Positions 38,619-49,743 of a DNA stretch of 64,000 nt are shown here, piece after piece. This DNA is from Bdellovibrionota bacterium (GTDB lineage Bacteria; Bdellovibrionota_G; JALEGL01; DATDPG01), in the NCBI GenBank assembly GCA_963668355.1, contig OY764265.1:32001-96000 (forward strand). The letters run 5' to 3'. Each line of letters opens with the position of its first letter. The first letter of the stretch is position 1. Position numbers and translations under genes: made by a program. The notes below the pieces were generated by a model, which had not been told where the DNA came from, did not search any database, and saw nothing but the letters and a program-made list of their open reading frames with translations.

Positions 38619-39677
38619 ATGTTTTTTCCTCTTCATATTTTTCTTTCTCTTCTTCTTGCCACAGGTCTTCTCTTCCCAGCCTGTTCATCTCAAATTCCCG
38701 GCTCCAATCTGGATGAAAACCAAGACGAAGAGCAAATCCAAGAAAACCAAGACGAAAATTCATTCGAAGATGAAGAAACGGGAGATTTGCAAGAAGGCAT
38801 TTCCTTCACTACGCAACGAAGTGAAGGAGGCTTTGGCAGCCAAGGCCCAACCTTGATCGTATTGGATTCGTTTGAGCAAGGTTCAAACGGAGATCCGGTT
38901 GTCAGCCCGGATGTCGGAGCTTATGGCTACGCCGAAGCCTTCTATTCCTCCAATGCCCCGAAAGTGGGTCAATTGTCTGCGTGTTCCTTTCCTACTTCTT
39001 CGGATCAATACAAAGTTCTTGAAGTCGAAGCCAACATCGAAAGTGGAAAATGGCTCTATTTTTCGGCTTGGCTCCGCTCCACTGGAGGCGTCGGAGGACA
39101 GAAAAAAATCTTTGAACTCTGGGGGTCCCCCTATACTGGGAATTATGCACCCGGATTCGGCTCCGCCGATGGGTATTCCTACATTGCTCGGGAAGACTCG
39201 TCTTACTTCCTTCAAACCTATTATCCTTCGGGTTCAGTCGATCAATCCGGTGGAACTTGGCAATATTGGGAAATCATTGCTCACATGAACTCTTCGGGAG
39301 GAGTCGAGGATGGATCGCTTAAGATCTCCGTCGATGACATCGCCATTTTTCAACATGAAAACATTAATGTCCGGCGGGATACGGAACGAATTTGGGGTTC
39401 TCTTTATTGGATGGACGGCCACACCAATCCTTCCGACGATGAATATGTCGTGTATTGCACAGACGAGATCTACGCTTCTCGGGGGGTACAGCGAGTGGTA
39501 TTGGCAGCCTCATCAAACCCTGAAGATATTCGGCGCGTTCCTCAACAGATCGAAAGCTGGAGCGATCAAAGCATCACATACCTCCCCCGACGTGGCGCAC
39601 TAGAATCAGACACCGTTTTTGAGCTTGTCTATGATGCCTCCAACACCTTGGTAAAAACCACAGAACGACATTTTTAG
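38619..39677 (+). CDS. Surface lipoprotein, paralog of 11279-12539
   Basis: Lipobox FPAC, acidic linker, GFGSQGP..DSFE and IESWSDQSI motifs. Confidence 0.7.
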   Translation: MFFPLHIFLSLLLATGLLFPACSSQIPGSNLDENQDEEQIQENQDENSFEDEETGDLQEGISFTTQRSEGGFGSQGPTLIVLDSFEQGSNGDPVVSPDVGAYGYAEAFYSSNAPKVGQLSACSFPTSSDQYKVLEVEANIESGKWLYFSAWLRSTGGVGGQKKIFELWGSPYTGNYAPGFGSADGYSYIAREDSSYFLQTYYPSGSVDQSGGTWQYWEIIAHMNSSGGVEDGSLKISVDDIAIFQHENINVRRDTERIWGSLYWMDGHTNPSDDEYVVYCTDEIYASRGVQRVVLAASSNPEDIRRVPQQIESWSDQSITYLPRRGALESDTVFELVYDASNTLVKTTERHF

Positions 39678-39743
39678 CCGGTCATTGCATTTGGTTTTTG
39701 CATAGGCTATGAGCTTCTCGCAAAAGGAAAAAGGAGCGAATCC

Positions 39744-40451
39744 ATGGACAGCGTCACATTGTCATTGTTATTTACGGCCATATCCCTGGGATTCATCCAC
39801 ACCCTTCTTGGTCCCGATCATTATGTCCCCTTCATCGCCCTCGCAAAATCGAACGGGTGGTCGCTAAAAAAGACTTTATTGATTTCTTCCGTCTGTGGCA
39901 TCGCACATTGTCTCTCTTCGGTTGTCATCGGTTTTTTGGGAATTGGTTTGGGCATTGCCGTGGGTCAACTGGAACTGATTGAGGGATATCGAGGAGACCT
40001 TGCAAGCTACCTCATGATTGCCTTTGGTCTGGCGTATTTTTTCTGGGCTCTTCGGCGTTTTCTCAAAAAACAAACCCATGTTCATTCTCATCAACATGGA
40101 CACCAATGGCATTCTCATGAACACGCCCACAAACAAGACCATCTTCATGCACATGCGACTTCAAAGAAAACAACCAATCTATATTGGGGCATTTTCATCG
40201 TCTTTCTCTTTGGCCCCTGTGAACCGTTAATTCCTTTGCTAATGTACCCGGCGGCCCAATCAAGTGTCGTCCTCACCACATGGGTTGCGTTGACGTTTAC
40301 CCTTACAACCGTTCTCACAATGCTCTTTGCGGTCAGCACCGGATATGCCGGATTAGGAAGTTTAAAATGGAAACGCCTCAGTCCCTACTCTGATTTGATG
40401 GCCTCTTCAGCCATCATCCTCTGTGGGGTTCTCATCATCTTGGGCTTGTAG
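39744..40451 (+). CDS. Nickel/cobalt transporter-like (RcnA/UreH-like) membrane protein
   Basis: HTLLGPDH, His-rich loop, GPCE, 6 TM. Confidence 0.8.
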   Translation: MDSVTLSLLFTAISLGFIHTLLGPDHYVPFIALAKSNGWSLKKTLLISSVCGIAHCLSSVVIGFLGIGLGIAVGQLELIEGYRGDLASYLMIAFGLAYFFWALRRFLKKQTHVHSHQHGHQWHSHEHAHKQDHLHAHATSKKTTNLYWGIFIVFLFGPCEPLIPLLMYPAAQSSVVLTTWVALTFTLTTVLTMLFAVSTGYAGLGSLKWKRLSPYSDLMASSAIILCGVLIILGL

Positions 40452-40462
40452 ATTCATTCTCC

Positions 40463-42787
40463 TCAACGCGCACTCGCTTCGTCGGCCTGAAGAAGGACCA
40501 AACCTGATGAGGTTCCGATAAACAACTGATTCGAATCATTTACCGACAAGCTCAGGACTCGCGAACTGGGTAAGATGTTTCGGTCTTGAAGCGGAGATTC
40601 AATTTGAACCTTCGTCCCTTGAGAACTCAAGCGATTCAGGCCTTCTTCAGTCCCGATCCAGAGTTTTCCATCAAGAGAAAAGGCCAAGGCATTGATTTGG
40701 TTGCTGAGCAAAGCCCCTCCAGAAGTCTCAACCGTAATTTCCTCAATGTCCAACCCTTCATCCTCTGGGAGAATTCGCATCAAGCCAAGAGACGTTCCAA
40801 CCCATACGACATCATTCGCATCGATGGCCAAACTCAACACGGGGTAGTAGTCCAATGTCGAAGAAAACACATACTCATTTTCGAGTTTTTGCATGCGAAG
40901 AAGTCCCTCGTTTCTCGCAATCCATAAATCGCCCGCTTTGTCGAACGCCATTTTGATAATCACGTCTTCACTGACTCCCGCCGGAAATGGAACATTCTCA
41001 AAGCACGCTGCATCCACAGGGCCCGCCACTTGGCGATACAATTTTCGCTCTGAGCTAATCCAAAGTTCTCCACTCGGACTGATGGTCAACGACGAAATAT
41101 TCTTCGAAGGAAGAGCGCAGCTTCCACCTTTATCCGCAACTTTGGTAAGCTCCGTGGATCCTCCACTCAAAAAACTTAATTTTGCGAGCCCCTCGTTCTG
41201 CGTCCCGATCCAGACTTCTTCGTCTGAAATAATTCCAACAGCTGTAACGGGTGAGGCAAAAAACGCATCTTTTTTCTCGGTGAAATTTTCAAAAGCAACG
41301 CCCTCATCAGATGAAAATGCTAGACGACTCAGACCTCCTTCTGTCTGAACGAAAAGATCCTGAGAAGCTCCCTGTTGGAGAAGTCTGATTTCCCCTCCTA
41401 ATAGGCCTTCAGAAGGAACGTAGTTCTTTACATTTTGTGCTTGGGAGGCTTCCTGAAAGGCCATTCCTGCCCGTGTCCCAATCCACAATCCCCGGTCAAC
41501 CCCATGCGCAAGTGCCGTAATTCGATTGCTGGGAAGAGGAACGCTCTCCTCATCGTTCGCCAATACATTTACTTCGAGCTCATCGCCACCCAACAAATGG
41601 ACTTCCACCAAACCATTGGATGTTCCCACATAGAGAGAGTCCTCGTCGATCACGTCAATGTCATAGATCCACTGTCCCAACAAAACATGATGTTTTGTAT
41701 AGTCATGAATCTTTCCGTTTTGGAAATACCGATAGAGCCCCTTTTTAGTGCCAACCCATAGACCTTGACTGGTATCGTTCTTCAACACGGTGATCACCTC
41801 AGGAAAAACCGTCAACGTCTCGAGGTCTTTTTGAAAATGAACCAGACCTTCATCGGTTCCCACCCAAGCTTTCGAAGACCCATCCGCTTCCATGGCAAGA
41901 ACAGAACGTTTTTGGGAATAAGACTTAATCAGTGGGGTTTCGCCAAGAAACTCAACATGAAAAAGTTTTTGATTAGAAGAGGCCCAAAATCCCCCAAAGC
42001 CATCCTCACGAAGAAGGGAGATGCTTTCTCCTTGCAAGAAGTTATGGACTTCTGGTTCCTGTGAAGAATGAAACTGCACGCGATCCAAACCATTTTGAGT
42101 TCCAACCCAAAGGTCTTGAGTATGGGCATCCAAAGTCAGCAGAGTTTGAATGCTTTGATCGGACAATTCGTGTTCTCGCGTATATCTTAGAGGAAGAGGC
42201 ATTTCCTCCAGAGGTTTTGAGAGGTCCTCTGGCAAGATTCGATAGAGTCCATATCGATCTCCCACAAAAAGTCCCAAAGGGGAAACCTGTAAGGCTTGAA
42301 TATTCATTGGAAACGGAGGCCACCAAGAAAAAACGGTTTCGTGTGTGGTGTTGGGAGAACCCAGTCCGGCAATTTCAAATCCCGGTCCGTTCGTCCACAT
42401 TTCGATCTCATCTTCCAATTCAGCACCAAACAAAAAACCTTTAAAGGATCCATCCGGCCCCAACTCAAAATCGCAAAAGACTTCCGAGGTTCTGGAAAGG
42501 TTCTGCGCACAGATCTCATTAACTCCCTGTTCAACCCGTGCCGCTCCATCTAGACCGACAATCAACGCGCCCCCCTCCACACTTTGGGCAAATACGAGCT
42601 GCGCATTTAATGGAGAGGCATAAATGGGAGGCAAATCTCCCAATCCTGAACTTTCATCTCGTTGGGTCTCGGATAACAACGAATGATCGGCTTCGGTCGG
42701 CGAGGAAAGCTCCGAGGCACATCCCACAAAGAGAAATAATGTAACCAATCCTAAAAAGAAAACTTTGAAGAGGCCGCATGTTTTCAT
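40463..42787 (-). CDS. Lipoprotein with two-component-regulator-type propeller repeats
   Basis: Lipobox FVGC; many LWVGT..GL and LPSN.I repeats. Confidence 0.8.
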   Translation of the reverse strand: MKTCGLFKVFFLGLVTLFLFVGCASELSSPTEADHSLLSETQRDESSGLGDLPPIYASPLNAQLVFAQSVEGGALIVGLDGAARVEQGVNEICAQNLSRTSEVFCDFELGPDGSFKGFLFGAELEDEIEMWTNGPGFEIAGLGSPNTTHETVFSWWPPFPMNIQALQVSPLGLFVGDRYGLYRILPEDLSKPLEEMPLPLRYTREHELSDQSIQTLLTLDAHTQDLWVGTQNGLDRVQFHSSQEPEVHNFLQGESISLLREDGFGGFWASSNQKLFHVEFLGETPLIKSYSQKRSVLAMEADGSSKAWVGTDEGLVHFQKDLETLTVFPEVITVLKNDTSQGLWVGTKKGLYRYFQNGKIHDYTKHHVLLGQWIYDIDVIDEDSLYVGTSNGLVEVHLLGGDELEVNVLANDEESVPLPSNRITALAHGVDRGLWIGTRAGMAFQEASQAQNVKNYVPSEGLLGGEIRLLQQGASQDLFVQTEGGLSRLAFSSDEGVAFENFTEKKDAFFASPVTAVGIISDEEVWIGTQNEGLAKLSFLSGGSTELTKVADKGGSCALPSKNISSLTISPSGELWISSERKLYRQVAGPVDAACFENVPFPAGVSEDVIIKMAFDKAGDLWIARNEGLLRMQKLENEYVFSSTLDYYPVLSLAIDANDVVWVGTSLGLMRILPEDEGLDIEEITVETSGGALLSNQINALAFSLDGKLWIGTEEGLNRLSSQGTKVQIESPLQDRNILPSSRVLSLSVNDSNQLFIGTSSGLVLLQADEASAR

Positions 42788-42803
42788 GATGGAAAGGCAA
42801 AGA

Positions 42804-42818
42804 GCAGCCTCTATGCCA
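42804..42818 (-). promoter_or_regulatory. Sigma54-like promoter
   Basis: TGGCATA-GAGG-CTGC, 16 nt above the ATG. Confidence 0.5.
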
Positions 42819-43161
42819 GAAATTACGCTCCAAATGCCTTCAAAAAAAATATGTATTTTTAGATATTTAGACTTAGATCCAGGGTTTGCGAAGCGGAGAA
42901 AAATGGCGCAAGTGGAACTCGAATGAGAGAAAGGGAGAACAAAAGTTTTTGGTTCCTACAAAAAATTCCCCGTTTGACGCGCGAGGTCATCAAAAACAAC
43001 TCAATGCCCTGTTTTGATTGCAATATCCACAGAATTTCATGTGAAGCCAAGCGGAACGTTTGTTCTGTTTTATCCGGAACCTTTCTTACTGTTTTGCTCT
43101 TTTTTGAAGCTCTTAGAAACCTAACCCCCTAATTTATGGAGAAAATTTTTACCCAAAAAAA

Positions 43162-43176
43162 TGGCACGTCCGCTGC
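43162..43176 (+). promoter_or_regulatory. Sigma54-like promoter
   Basis: TGGCACG-TCCG-CTGC, 15 nt above the ATG. Confidence 0.55.
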
Positions 43177-43191
43177 ACTTCCTCCGACATC

Positions 43192-44415
43192 ATGAGAAAC
43201 CGCCTCAACCATGAAAGAAGCCAGAATAAAGATGGCGTGTTCCGACACTGTATTCTTCTTTTTGGCGTCTTATTTATGGTTTCCGCCTGCGGCAATCCCA
43301 TGACTTCTTCGGACTCCCGTTCCCATGGAGAAGAAACTCGTGAACTCAACCCAATTTCCGGGTCCGACGAAGTCACCGAACAAGCTTCGGGAAACTGCCT
43401 TCCCGACACGATTTGTGTTCCCTTAGACTACCCCACGATCCAAGAAGCAGTAGACATGGCCGTGGATGGGGAAACGGTCCTCATCGTAGAAGCCGGGGAA
43501 TACCACGAGAATCTTGAACTTTTGGGCTTAGACAATTTTACGTTAAAGAAAGATGTGGGAGTCGGAGAGGTCACCATTGTTGCGCAAGACCCAGGATCTC
43601 CAGCCATCTATGTCCTTTCCGGGTCGAACATCACAATTGAGGGCCTTTCCATCACCGGAACGTCGCAAATTCCTCCCAACCGTCCACCCAAAGGAGGAAT
43701 TTACATTCTTTCCAGCATTCCCGAACTGACCATTCGAAATTGTAAAATATTCGGAAATTCTTATGGAATCGTCCCCACCGTGAATACCACTCATTTGATG
43801 ATCGAAGACAACATCATTGAAAACAATGGTGGAGGTGGAATCCACTACGTAAGCAATACGGGAAGTTTCTCCGGCAATGTCATTCGAAAAAATGTCTTTC
43901 GAAGCAACTATGCCAATGCCATTTACTTTCCTGGCGACACCGACAACTCCGGGTTAACAATTGAAGAAAATCAATTTTTTGAACATGGTGAAATCAGCGG
44001 TTACAACGTTCCCAGAAGTACGATTTACCTGAGTGGGCCCAACCATATGATTCGAGACAACTCCTTTGAAAATGATTACCGCGCCATTCTTTCGGGCGGA
44101 AATGTCGAGAACACCTCGATTCTGGACAATCAAATGGGGATCTCAGATACTTCCAATGAGAACTATGGGCTCGAAGGAATCACCTGGTCTGGTTTAAACT
44201 CAACCATTTCTAACAACCGAATCGCTGGCTTTAGCGTTGCCGTGCACCTTGAAGAGGACTCTGAAAACAACGAGGTTAGAAGCAATAGGATTTGTGGAAG
44301 CCGTGTGGGTGTCCAAGATGAAGGAAACGAAAATACGGTCCTGAATATCCTTGGATGTAAACCGGTAACCCACTACATTCCCACCATTGCAATGCCCGAA
44401 GGGTTTGATCGTTAA
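43192..44415 (+). CDS. Right-handed beta-helix lipoprotein (NosD/pectin lyase-like)
   Basis: Lipobox VSAC; VPLDYPTIQEAVD..GEYHE; I..N.I..N repeats. Confidence 0.8.
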   Translation: MRNRLNHERSQNKDGVFRHCILLFGVLFMVSACGNPMTSSDSRSHGEETRELNPISGSDEVTEQASGNCLPDTICVPLDYPTIQEAVDMAVDGETVLIVEAGEYHENLELLGLDNFTLKKDVGVGEVTIVAQDPGSPAIYVLSGSNITIEGLSITGTSQIPPNRPPKGGIYILSSIPELTIRNCKIFGNSYGIVPTVNTTHLMIEDNIIENNGGGGIHYVSNTGSFSGNVIRKNVFRSNYANAIYFPGDTDNSGLTIEENQFFEHGEISGYNVPRSTIYLSGPNHMIRDNSFENDYRAILSGGNVENTSILDNQMGISDTSNENYGLEGITWSGLNSTISNNRIAGFSVAVHLEEDSENNEVRSNRICGSRVGVQDEGNENTVLNILGCKPVTHYIPTIAMPEGFDR

Positions 44416-44462
44416 GCGTTCCATTCGCCATAAACCTCTGTTTAGGGGTAACATGAAGCGAA

Positions 44463-47400
44463 GTGAATTGTCCGTCCTGTAAAAAAGCGATTCCATTGGC
44501 AGGGATCCAGTTTTGCCCCTATTGCAGCAATCGTCTTGTCGCCCCCCGAGAAGAACGACGCAAAGCCATCGTTATTTTCGCAGACATTGCCGGATTCACG
44601 GCTCTCGGGGAAAGTATGGACCCGGACGATCTACGCGACTTGATCGACCAAATCATGAAACGGTTTGTTACGGTCATTCAAACCCAAGGCGGACTCGTGG
44701 ACAAGATCATTGGAGATTGCGTCATGTTTCTCTTCGGAACGGAACACGCCACTTCGGATGATCCCATTCATGCCATCGAAGCCGTTGAAAACATCCAACA
44801 TGAATTAAAAATTTTCAATCAAGAAAACCAACTGAATCTCTCCCTACACGTAGGCATCGCTTTTGGAACAGTTTCGGTTGGGTTGGTGGGCCAAAACGTG
44901 ACGGTCATGGGAGACACGGTAAACCTCGCACAACGCCTGGAGGGTGTGGCCAAACTTGATGAGGTCTTGGTTTCAGATGCTTTCGTGGAACTTCTGGGAG
45001 CCGCCTATCGGTTTGAACGTCTAGACCCCATCTCATTGAAGGGAAAGCGAGTTCCGGTGGCTCCTTACCGATACATTGGCAAAGCCTCCTCCGAGAATAA
45101 AACCATTCCCTTTATCGGAAGACAGGAAGAGCTTGAGCAAACGGTCAAAACCATCCAGGAGCATTTTTCTACACCAGGAGTTGGCAACATATTGGTTTTG
45201 GGCTCTGCGGGCATGGGAAAAACCAAGTTCATCGACCAAATTTGTCGCTCCCTTCCTAGTGAAAAAGCCACTCGCCTGAGTGTCTACTTTGAAGAAGGCG
45301 GAAAAAACTATCAACTCCCCTTCTTGACCATGCTCAAGGCCATTTTTTCCAATCAGAATTGGAAACAACTGGAAGGATTGATTCTCCCGCGAATGATGTT
45401 TTCTCAGTCATCAGCTCGGGAAAACATGGGATATGAACAATTTGAAGAACTCCTCTTGCAGGTCCTGGGAGAGATTGCTCGTGAGCAAAATATCCTTCTT
45501 ATCTGTGAAAACATTCATCGCGCAGACACCTCTTCCCTCCATCTACTAAAATCCCTGCGAAAAAATTTGAAAGACGCGCACATTTTTGTCTTGGCCAGCA
45601 GTAGACGATCTTTTTCAGAATCCGACTTCCCGAATACCTTGGAACTTTCCCCGCTCAAGAAAAATGAAAGCCGAAGTTTATTCGATGAGATTACGAAAGA
45701 CGACTCGTCCACAGATGAAACCTGTCTTCTGGCGATCGAAAAATGTGCGGGCAATCCACTTTTTCTAACCGAACTTGCAAAAGGCGTAAAAGAGAACTTA
45801 CCCGCCGACAAACTTTTTTCAGGAAGAATCGATCTTCTATTGGCGGCTTCTTTGGACGCCTTACCCAACGAAACACAGGAACTCATCAAACAAGCGTCCA
45901 TTTTCGGTTCTCGGATTCCACTTTCCCATTTGGCCAAGCTCTCGGGAAAATCACCAGAAACCGTCTTGGAAGACTTGGTTCCCCTGACCACGTTTCATTT
46001 CGTTTCGAACAAGGAAATGTTTGTTTTTCGAAACGACCTAATGCGTGAAACCGCCTATGAACGAATCAATCTTCAAACACGTCGCTCATTGCATCAAGCA
46101 CTCGCAGAGTTATTGGTCGACGCCAAAGCCCTCCCAGAAGAGATTGCCTTTCATTTTCTCCACAGCGATCGACACCGAGAGGCTTTACGTACTAGTCTGG
46201 AAGCCGGAAAACGTCTTTCTCGACTGCCACAACAAGAGGAAGCCTTAAGTTTTTTGCACCATGCCCAAAAACTGGCAAGGAAGTTACAAGACATTCCATC
46301 CCTCATTGACGCAATGGAGTTACATTTCGAGGTAGAGTCGAGGAATCTGGGCACAGACAAGGCACGCTTACTTCTAAATTCTTATCGGGAAGACCCGCTT
46401 CTTCAGACCCATGGAACAACCCACAGTCGATTCTCCATGATGGAAGCTCGTTTTCTATTTCGACGACATCTGTACCAAGAGGCTCAAGACACATTCAAAA
46501 GTATTGAAAATATTGAACTCGATCCTTTCAACGAAGTGGAAAGAGAGTTGTTGAAGTATCGAATTTTAAATCATTTTCGAAAACGAAAAGAAGTCGTCCA
46601 CCAAGCACTTTCGTTTCTTCGAAGAAAGTCTTTGGAGCCTTCCCAAAGGGGCAATTTTTATCTTCTCATTGGCTCAAATTGTTATATGGATCGCGAACTC
46701 CAACAAGCACAGGATTTTTATGAAAAGGCCTTGAAAGCATTTGAGAGTGTTCATGATGAGAGAGGCGTCCTTAAATCCTTGGCCAATAAGGGAAATGTCG
46801 CTCATGCTCAAGCCAACTACTCCATGGCCCGCGAATGTTTCATGGACTGCCTTCAAACAGCCATTCAGTTGGGAGATTTGGTCGTCTACAATGACATTCT
46901 CTATCGATTGGGACGGACCAACTTTGATCTCATGAGGTTTGAAGAAGCCATTCAGAACTATGACCAAATCATTTTGGCTCTTCGAAAAAGTGAATGGGGA
47001 CATTTATACTATCGGGTCGCTCTCGCAAAAGCGCACGCGCTATTCTTCCTCGGTGAAAGAGACTCTGGGAGGGTTCTCCTTGACGAGGCCAAAAGATACT
47101 TCCAAGAAGTAGAAGACTCTCGCTCCTTGGCCATCACCTACCAGGTGGAACTTCTCGACCTATTGGAAAACGAAGATCCCAGCAAATCTCTCGCACTTTC
47201 GGAAAAAATCCTCTCCATTCTCGCTGACGTTCCCGATTTTTTGCCTCAGGTTCATTTTTTTCGTGTTTTCGCGTTATGCAAGTTAGGGCAAAAGAAAGAA
47301 GCTCAAGAATACTTCGATACTTGCTCAGCAAACATAAAACACCAAAACACTTCAGACGAATTGACTGTGGCCTTCTTGCTAGCCAATGTCGCTCTGAATG

Positions 47401-47666
47401 ACCCCCCGTTTTCAGAAAATATCGCGTCGATTATTACATTTCTCTCGGCCCGACTTGAACAGTTCTTTGTCCCCTTAGACTCTCTCCTCATTCAAACCGT
47501 TGTTGAAAACGAAAGCGATAAAAACTTTGAAACACGGATAACCAATTATTTTTCTCATCTGAGTCAATCCATTCCGGCTTCCTATAAGTCTACCTTTGAG
47601 CAAAAGCCTTCGACACAAAGACTCAAAAAATTGATTCCCGCTCTTGAACTTCCCCACCAAAATTAG
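44463..47666 (+). CDS. Zn-ribbon + class III adenylate cyclase + AAA/STAND ATPase + TPR protein
   Basis: CPSC..CPYC; FADIAGFT, DKIIGD, GDTVNLAQRLE; FIGRQEE, GSAGMGKT, GNPLF; helical repeats. Confidence 0.88.
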   Translation: MNCPSCKKAIPLAGIQFCPYCSNRLVAPREERRKAIVIFADIAGFTALGESMDPDDLRDLIDQIMKRFVTVIQTQGGLVDKIIGDCVMFLFGTEHATSDDPIHAIEAVENIQHELKIFNQENQLNLSLHVGIAFGTVSVGLVGQNVTVMGDTVNLAQRLEGVAKLDEVLVSDAFVELLGAAYRFERLDPISLKGKRVPVAPYRYIGKASSENKTIPFIGRQEELEQTVKTIQEHFSTPGVGNILVLGSAGMGKTKFIDQICRSLPSEKATRLSVYFEEGGKNYQLPFLTMLKAIFSNQNWKQLEGLILPRMMFSQSSARENMGYEQFEELLLQVLGEIAREQNILLICENIHRADTSSLHLLKSLRKNLKDAHIFVLASSRRSFSESDFPNTLELSPLKKNESRSLFDEITKDDSSTDETCLLAIEKCAGNPLFLTELAKGVKENLPADKLFSGRIDLLLAASLDALPNETQELIKQASIFGSRIPLSHLAKLSGKSPETVLEDLVPLTTFHFVSNKEMFVFRNDLMRETAYERINLQTRRSLHQALAELLVDAKALPEEIAFHFLHSDRHREALRTSLEAGKRLSRLPQQEEALSFLHHAQKLARKLQDIPSLIDAMELHFEVESRNLGTDKARLLLNSYREDPLLQTHGTTHSRFSMMEARFLFRRHLYQEAQDTFKSIENIELDPFNEVERELLKYRILNHFRKRKEVVHQALSFLRRKSLEPSQRGNFYLLIGSNCYMDRELQQAQDFYEKALKAFESVHDERGVLKSLANKGNVAHAQANYSMARECFMDCLQTAIQLGDLVVYNDILYRLGRTNFDLMRFEEAIQNYDQIILALRKSEWGHLYYRVALAKAHALFFLGERDSGRVLLDEAKRYFQEVEDSRSLAITYQVELLDLLENEDPSKSLALSEKILSILADVPDFLPQVHFFRVFALCKLGQKKEAQEYFDTCSANIKHQNTSDELTVAFLLANVALNDPPFSENIASIITFLSARLEQFFVPLDSLLIQTVVENESDKNFETRITNYFSHLSQSIPASYKSTFEQKPSTQRLKKLIPALELPHQN

Positions 47667-47710
47667 AAAAAACCCAATGGCTATGTTCTAATGCACTTCA
47701 AGGAGAAACC

Positions 47711-48184
47711 ATGAAACTTCGAAGCCTCTTCATTTCGCTTTTCATCATCTCATTGGCCAGCCCAGCTCTTGGCGACTTTTATTTCAGGCCGAGAGCCGGG
47801 GCCATTATTCCTGTAAACGACGGAGATGTTTCCTATACCTTGGGCGCGTCTCTGGGATATCAATGGACCTCCCTCTTGGCGACCGAGGTGAATTACTCAC
47901 GAATATTGGGCTCCTCTGGAAATCCGGATGGAGATTTGATCCGGGGAGAAGCCATTCTTTCCTTTCCTCTGGTTCTCATCACCCCTTATGCTTCGGCCGG
48001 CATCGGACTGTCACATTATTCTCTCGGCCCCATCAATGATTGGGATCTGATGTACCTTCTTGGAGGAGGAGCGACATTCGATCTTCTGCCTCTCATTTCA
48101 CTTGGAGTGGGAGTTAACTATGCATTTGTCCACAATCAACCGGATTTTTTCGAGCCGGTCATCATCGCTTCACTAAAATTTTAA
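47711..48184 (+). CDS. Small outer-membrane beta-barrel protein
   Basis: Signal peptide, [10 protein letters not shown], terminal Phe; AGGAG RBS. Confidence 0.75.
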   Translation: MKLRSLFISLFIISLASPALGDFYFRPRAGAIIPVNDGDVSYTLGASLGYQWTSLLATEVNYSRILGSSGNPDGDLIRGEAILSFPLVLITPYASAGIGLSHYSLGPINDWDLMYLLGGGATFDLLPLISLGVGVNYAFVHNQPDFFEPVIIASLKF

Positions 48185-49596
48185 GCGTTGAGCGAGGGCA
48201 ACTCTGCCCCCTTGGGCGTTTCCTTTCGAAACGAACGTTCCAACAAATCGAACGTATAAATTCCGGAGCTGTGCCCGTCTGACCAAGCGATTTGAACTGC
48301 ATATCGTCCGATCATCTTGAAGCTTCGAGGATGAACATCAAGCGGGACCTTCTTTTCCTCGAGAATCTTAGCTCCCGTCCATTCATCCACACATTCCGCG
48401 CAAGGACAAGCCAATCGCAAGTCGCGAGGCGCGATTCGCGTCTCCATGTGGTCTTTCCAAACCATGACGATTTGTCCATTTTCAAAACCAATTTTCTCAA
48501 TGACTTCCTTTTCCTTCGAATGCCTGGCCACCATGGCAATCTGAGAAGCCAGCTCATCGGCCACCGAAGAAAAGGCACCGGCAGAACTGGGCAAGTTATC
48601 CCCTTCCAGATTCAAAACAGGATTCCCTTCATCTCCAGCCTGCACCAGTTTGGGATCAATGGGAATGCGTCCCAAAAATCTCAACATCAATTCGTTTGCG
48701 GTTCGTTCTCCTCCGCCTTGCTTAAAAATTTGGGTTTCCTCGTTGCAATGAGGACAAACGAAACCACTCATGTTTTCAACCACACCTAAGATGGGAACAT
48801 TCACCTCATCAAACATTTTCAAACCACGCATGGTGACATTCACCGCCACTTCTTGAGGGGTCGTAACGACCACCGCGCCTGTGAGTGGGGCTGTCTGAGT
48901 TAGCGTGAGTTGAACGTCTCCGGTTCCAGGAGGAAGGTCAATGAGAAGATAATCCAACTCCCCCCACTCAACCTGGGCCAAAAAAGTTTGAATGAGCTTG
49001 GTTGCCATGGGTCCTCTCCAAATAACGGGGGAATCCTCGCCCGTTAAAAGTCCCATGGACATGAATTTGATTCCATACCGCTCAATCGGAAACAGTTTTT
49101 CACCCTGTCCGGTCGGAGAGTCTTTACTCGCAAGCATCTTGGGAACCGAAGGGCCATACACATCTGCATCCATCAATCCAACCTTGGCGCCGAGTTTGGC
49201 CAAAGCCATGGCCAGATTCACTGAGACGGTGGATTTCCCCACGCCACCTTTTCCACTCGAAATGGCCACCAGATTTTTGATGCCCCTTAGGTTTTCCATG
49301 GCATTTTTCGGCAGGGAAGAAGGGATCTCAACACGGAAGTCCAGTTGAAAGTCTTTAACCCAAGGAATGCCCTTAATCACCTCCTGGATTCGCGTACGGA
49401 GATCTCTTTGATAACTTTCCGAAGGCGAGGGAAGCACCAACTCCAGTTTGACCTTCCCTTCATTGATGGAGCAATTTCGAACATAGTCCAACTCCACAAG
49501 ATCTTCTTGCAAGTAGGGATCCCGAACACATCGAAGGGAGCCAAAAACTTCCACTTCTTGAGGCGTGGGCTCGGAACTTTTCTTTCGACCAAACAT
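48181..49596 (-). CDS. apbC: Mrp/NBP35 Fe-S carrier ATPase with C-terminal DUF971-like domain
   Basis: [56 protein letters not shown]. Confidence 0.88.
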   Translation of the reverse strand: MFGRKKSSEPTPQEVEVFGSLRCVRDPYLQEDLVELDYVRNCSINEGKVKLELVLPSPSESYQRDLRTRIQEVIKGIPWVKDFQLDFRVEIPSSLPKNAMENLRGIKNLVAISSGKGGVGKSTVSVNLAMALAKLGAKVGLMDADVYGPSVPKMLASKDSPTGQGEKLFPIERYGIKFMSMGLLTGEDSPVIWRGPMATKLIQTFLAQVEWGELDYLLIDLPPGTGDVQLTLTQTAPLTGAVVVTTPQEVAVNVTMRGLKMFDEVNVPILGVVENMSGFVCPHCNEETQIFKQGGGERTANELMLRFLGRIPIDPKLVQAGDEGNPVLNLEGDNLPSSAGAFSSVADELASQIAMVARHSKEKEVIEKIGFENGQIVMVWKDHMETRIAPRDLRLACPCAECVDEWTGAKILEEKKVPLDVHPRSFKMIGRYAVQIAWSDGHSSGIYTFDLLERSFRKETPKGAELPSLNA

Positions 49597-49743
49597 ATCT
49601 TTCTTCCTCCTGCACATGCTGCGCTAAACGTTTTCCACCCGCACGGGAAGGCAACCTACTCGCCTCGGTCAGTTTCCGCAATACCCTTTTCTGGATTCAC
49701 GGGCTTTCTCGCGATATTATTTTATTTTTAAAATCAGCACGTT

